Assembly: GCA_937890835.1 (NCBI GenBank)
Contig: CALADF010000049.1
Span: 3,830 to 67,829, forward strand
DNA from: an uncultured bacterium
GTDB taxonomy: Bacteria > Actinomycetota > Coriobacteriia > Coriobacteriales > Eggerthellaceae
Direction of reading: 5' to 3'
Length of the DNA: 64,000 nucleotides
Part shown: positions 62,643 to 64,000 of the stretch, in pieces
Position numbering within the stretch: position 1 is the first letter of the stretch
How the letters are laid out: every line of letters begins with the position of its first letter
Notes under the pieces: model-generated
What the model saw: the letters and a program-made list of their open reading frames with translations, nothing else
Database searches by the model: none
Told to the model about the DNA's origin: nothing
Translations under genes and position numbers: made by a program

Positions 62643-62872
62643 CATGGAAAGGTCGGGGCGTGGGACGTGGTCGGGATCGGGCGCTGCGAGCCCTTTCCCC
62701 TTCGGGACGGCCTTTTCCGGTCGAGATTCGGCGTTATGCGCGGCTTTCCACGGGAAACCGCGCGGATTTCGACCCGAAGCGCTCACATCGCCCTCCCAGA
62801 GACCACGCCAAGGCTCATATCGCGACATCTCGACCAGGCAGCACCGAGACCCCTCAGCGGCAGACCCCGCAT

Positions 62873-63469
62873 CTACAACGGCCGACGGGCCTCCAAAGCG
62901 CGTCCGAGCGTCACCTCGTCGGCGAACTCGAGATCACCCCCCACGGGAAGACCGCTTGCAGGACGCGTGACCTTAATGCCGAAAGGCTTGATGAGGCGCG
63001 CGAGATACGCGGCGGTGGTCTCCCCCTCTATGTTCGGGTTGGTCGCAAGCACCACCTCCGAAACATCCTCGGAAGACAAGCGCTTCATCAGCTCGGCAAT
63101 GCGCAGGTCCTCAGGCCCGACGCCCTCCATAGGCGAAAGCGCCCCGCCAAGAACGTGGTAAACCCCCGAGAACACCGCCGTGCGCTCGATCGGCGGAATA
63201 TCGCGAGGCTCGCTCACGACGCAAATCGCGCTTCCGTCGCGCTTGCCGCTCGCGCATATCTCGCATAGATCGCCTTCAGCGTAGTTGAAGCAACGACTGC
63301 AGAACCGCACCGTGTTCTTCACCTCGGCGATGGCCTCCGCAAGACGCATGGCCGTCGCACGATCCGAGTTCAATATGAAATACGCCATGCGCTGCGCCGA
63401 CTTCGGGCCGACTCCGGGCAATCGCTCAAGCTCGTCGAGAAGCTTTTGTATGGAAGGCGCTGACTGCAT
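62873..63469 (-). CDS. recR: Recombination protein RecR
   Basis: [20 protein letters not shown]..., a C4 zinc finger ([16 protein letters not shown]) and a Toprim region. GGGAGG RBS. Confidence 0.95.
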   Translation of the reverse strand: MQSAPSIQKLLDELERLPGVGPKSAQRMAYFILNSDRATAMRLAEAIAEVKNTVRFCSRCFNYAEGDLCEICASGKRDGSAICVVSEPRDIPPIERTAVFSGVYHVLGGALSPMEGVGPEDLRIAELMKRLSSEDVSEVVLATNPNIEGETTAAYLARLIKPFGIKVTRPASGLPVGGDLEFADEVTLGRALEARRPL

Positions 63470-63485
63470 CTTCTACCTCCCTGAA

Positions 63486-63517
63486 GGTTGGGTTGGGTTG
63501 GGTTGGGTTGGGTTGGG
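63486..63517. repeat. (GGTTG)6 pentanucleotide microsatellite, i.e. (CAACC)6 on the recR sense strand
   Basis: Read directly. Six perfect units plus GG, ending 17 nt upstream of the recR ATG and adjacent to the SD. Confidence 0.97.
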
Positions 63518-63791
63518 CCGCCGATCGAACTCAAATCCGAGCTATAGCCCGAGTTCGAACTGGGAACAGGTTCTGGCCGGGAACGAGTTCCAGCTGGGTT
63601 CTCAGTTCGAGCGCGAATCCGAGTTGGAGGGTCAGGGCGCGGGGCAGGATAAGATTCGCGGGCGGAAGCCGGAACGGGGGCCCGAGACGAATGCCTCGGT
63701 CGAGGCCCGATTCGGCGTTCAAGGCGAGACCAACACAAGAATCGAAACACCGTCCTGGAAAAGCGAGGCGAATTCGCGAGGGAGTCGAAAC

Positions 63792-63818
63792 AAAAAGGCG
63801 GTGCGTCCCCGCACCGCC
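63792..63818 (-). terminator. Rho-independent terminator after ybaB
   Basis: Minus strand: GGCGGUGCG-ggga-CGCACCGCC followed by UUUUU. Confidence 0.6.
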
Positions 63819-63870
63819 TCGGTTCGCATCATCACCCGACACGCTGACGATCAGCCCGGCGCTCTGCGGC

Positions 63871-64000
63871 CTACATGAGGCCGGGAATCTTCATGCCCCC
63901 CATGAGCGAGGTCATGCGCGCGTTCGAGGCCTCGGTCGCGGAGCGGAGCGCCTCGTTGGTGGCCGCGAGAATCATATCCTCGAGCATCTCGACGTCCTCG
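63871..64000 (-). CDS. ybaB: Nucleoid-associated protein YbaB/EbfC, C-terminal part (the gene continues beyond the right edge)
   Basis: My translation: ...DVEMLEDMILAATNEALRSATEASNARMTSLMGGMKIPGLM*, a typical YbaB C-terminus upstream of recR. Confidence 0.8.
   Translation of the reverse strand, partial: EDVEMLEDMILAATNEALRSATEASNARMTSLMGGMKIPGLM

Noticed and set aside
62593-62970. 125-aa plus-strand ORF starting at a TTG downstream of GGAGGGG inside the candidate sRNA.
   Set aside because: It has a non-ATG start with 12-nt SD spacing. It reads straight through a 16-bp terminator hairpin and then runs antisense to the recR 3' end. The translation is Arg/Gly/Pro-rich junk.
63486-63517. CRISPR array or telomere-like or mobile-element terminal repeat.
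   Set aside because: The units are 5 nt with no spacers, so this is not a CRISPR array. It is a single short tract with no partner repeat and no recombinase gene nearby. It is classified as a simple microsatellite.

Overview
High-GC chromosomal segment (by eye about 60-65% G+C, with strongly GC-biased third codon positions). The protein sequences and gene order look like Actinomycetota, class Coriobacteriia (Eggerthellaceae-like). That taxonomic call is inference only. I call about 45 protein genes, about 40 of them on the minus strand.

Gene content from left to right:
- Purine genes: a split purH (AICAR transformylase plus a PurO-type IMP cyclohydrolase), purN and purM.
- A YdjG/YdjH/YdjI-like operon (zinc-ribbon / TPM / SPFH).
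- An XdhC-like protein and a class-B-like sortase.
- A polyphosphate cluster: two-domain PPK2, Ppx/GppA and PPK1.
- glmM, a hisE-like gene, and rpoB-rpoC.
- Two membrane proteins, yacP-rlmB, and a UbiB-like kinase with a phasin-like gene.
- The conserved block proS-ispG-rseP-[adhesin]-dxr-cdsA-uppS-[low-GC island]-frr-pyrH.
- htrA and an amino-acid ABC transporter.
- An Fe-S protein, a mobB-mobA fusion and modD.
- recR and ybaB.

I found no rRNA, tRNA, CRISPR array, transposase or integrase.

Most interesting observations:
1. A visibly lower-GC four-gene module (12-TM LuxR sensor-regulator divergent from MFS-amidohydrolase-MFS) sits between frr and uppS. A 39-bp perfect palindrome lies in its divergent control region.
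2. A 1508-aa surface protein has a thioester-like head, Cna-B/SpaA-like domains, five Thr-Gln-ester (VaFE-type) repeats and a non-canonical LSKTG sorting signal. It interrupts dxr/rseP.
3. The RNA polymerase beta' subunit carries a C-terminal extension with a domain that aligns well to the alpha-subunit CTD.
4. An orphan promoter-plus-terminator unit between modD and recR predicts an sRNA of about 116 nt.
5. A (GGTTG)6 G-quadruplex-prone microsatellite abuts the recR ribosome-binding site.

Many long ORFs in the supplied track are antisense artefacts of high-GC DNA and were rejected.
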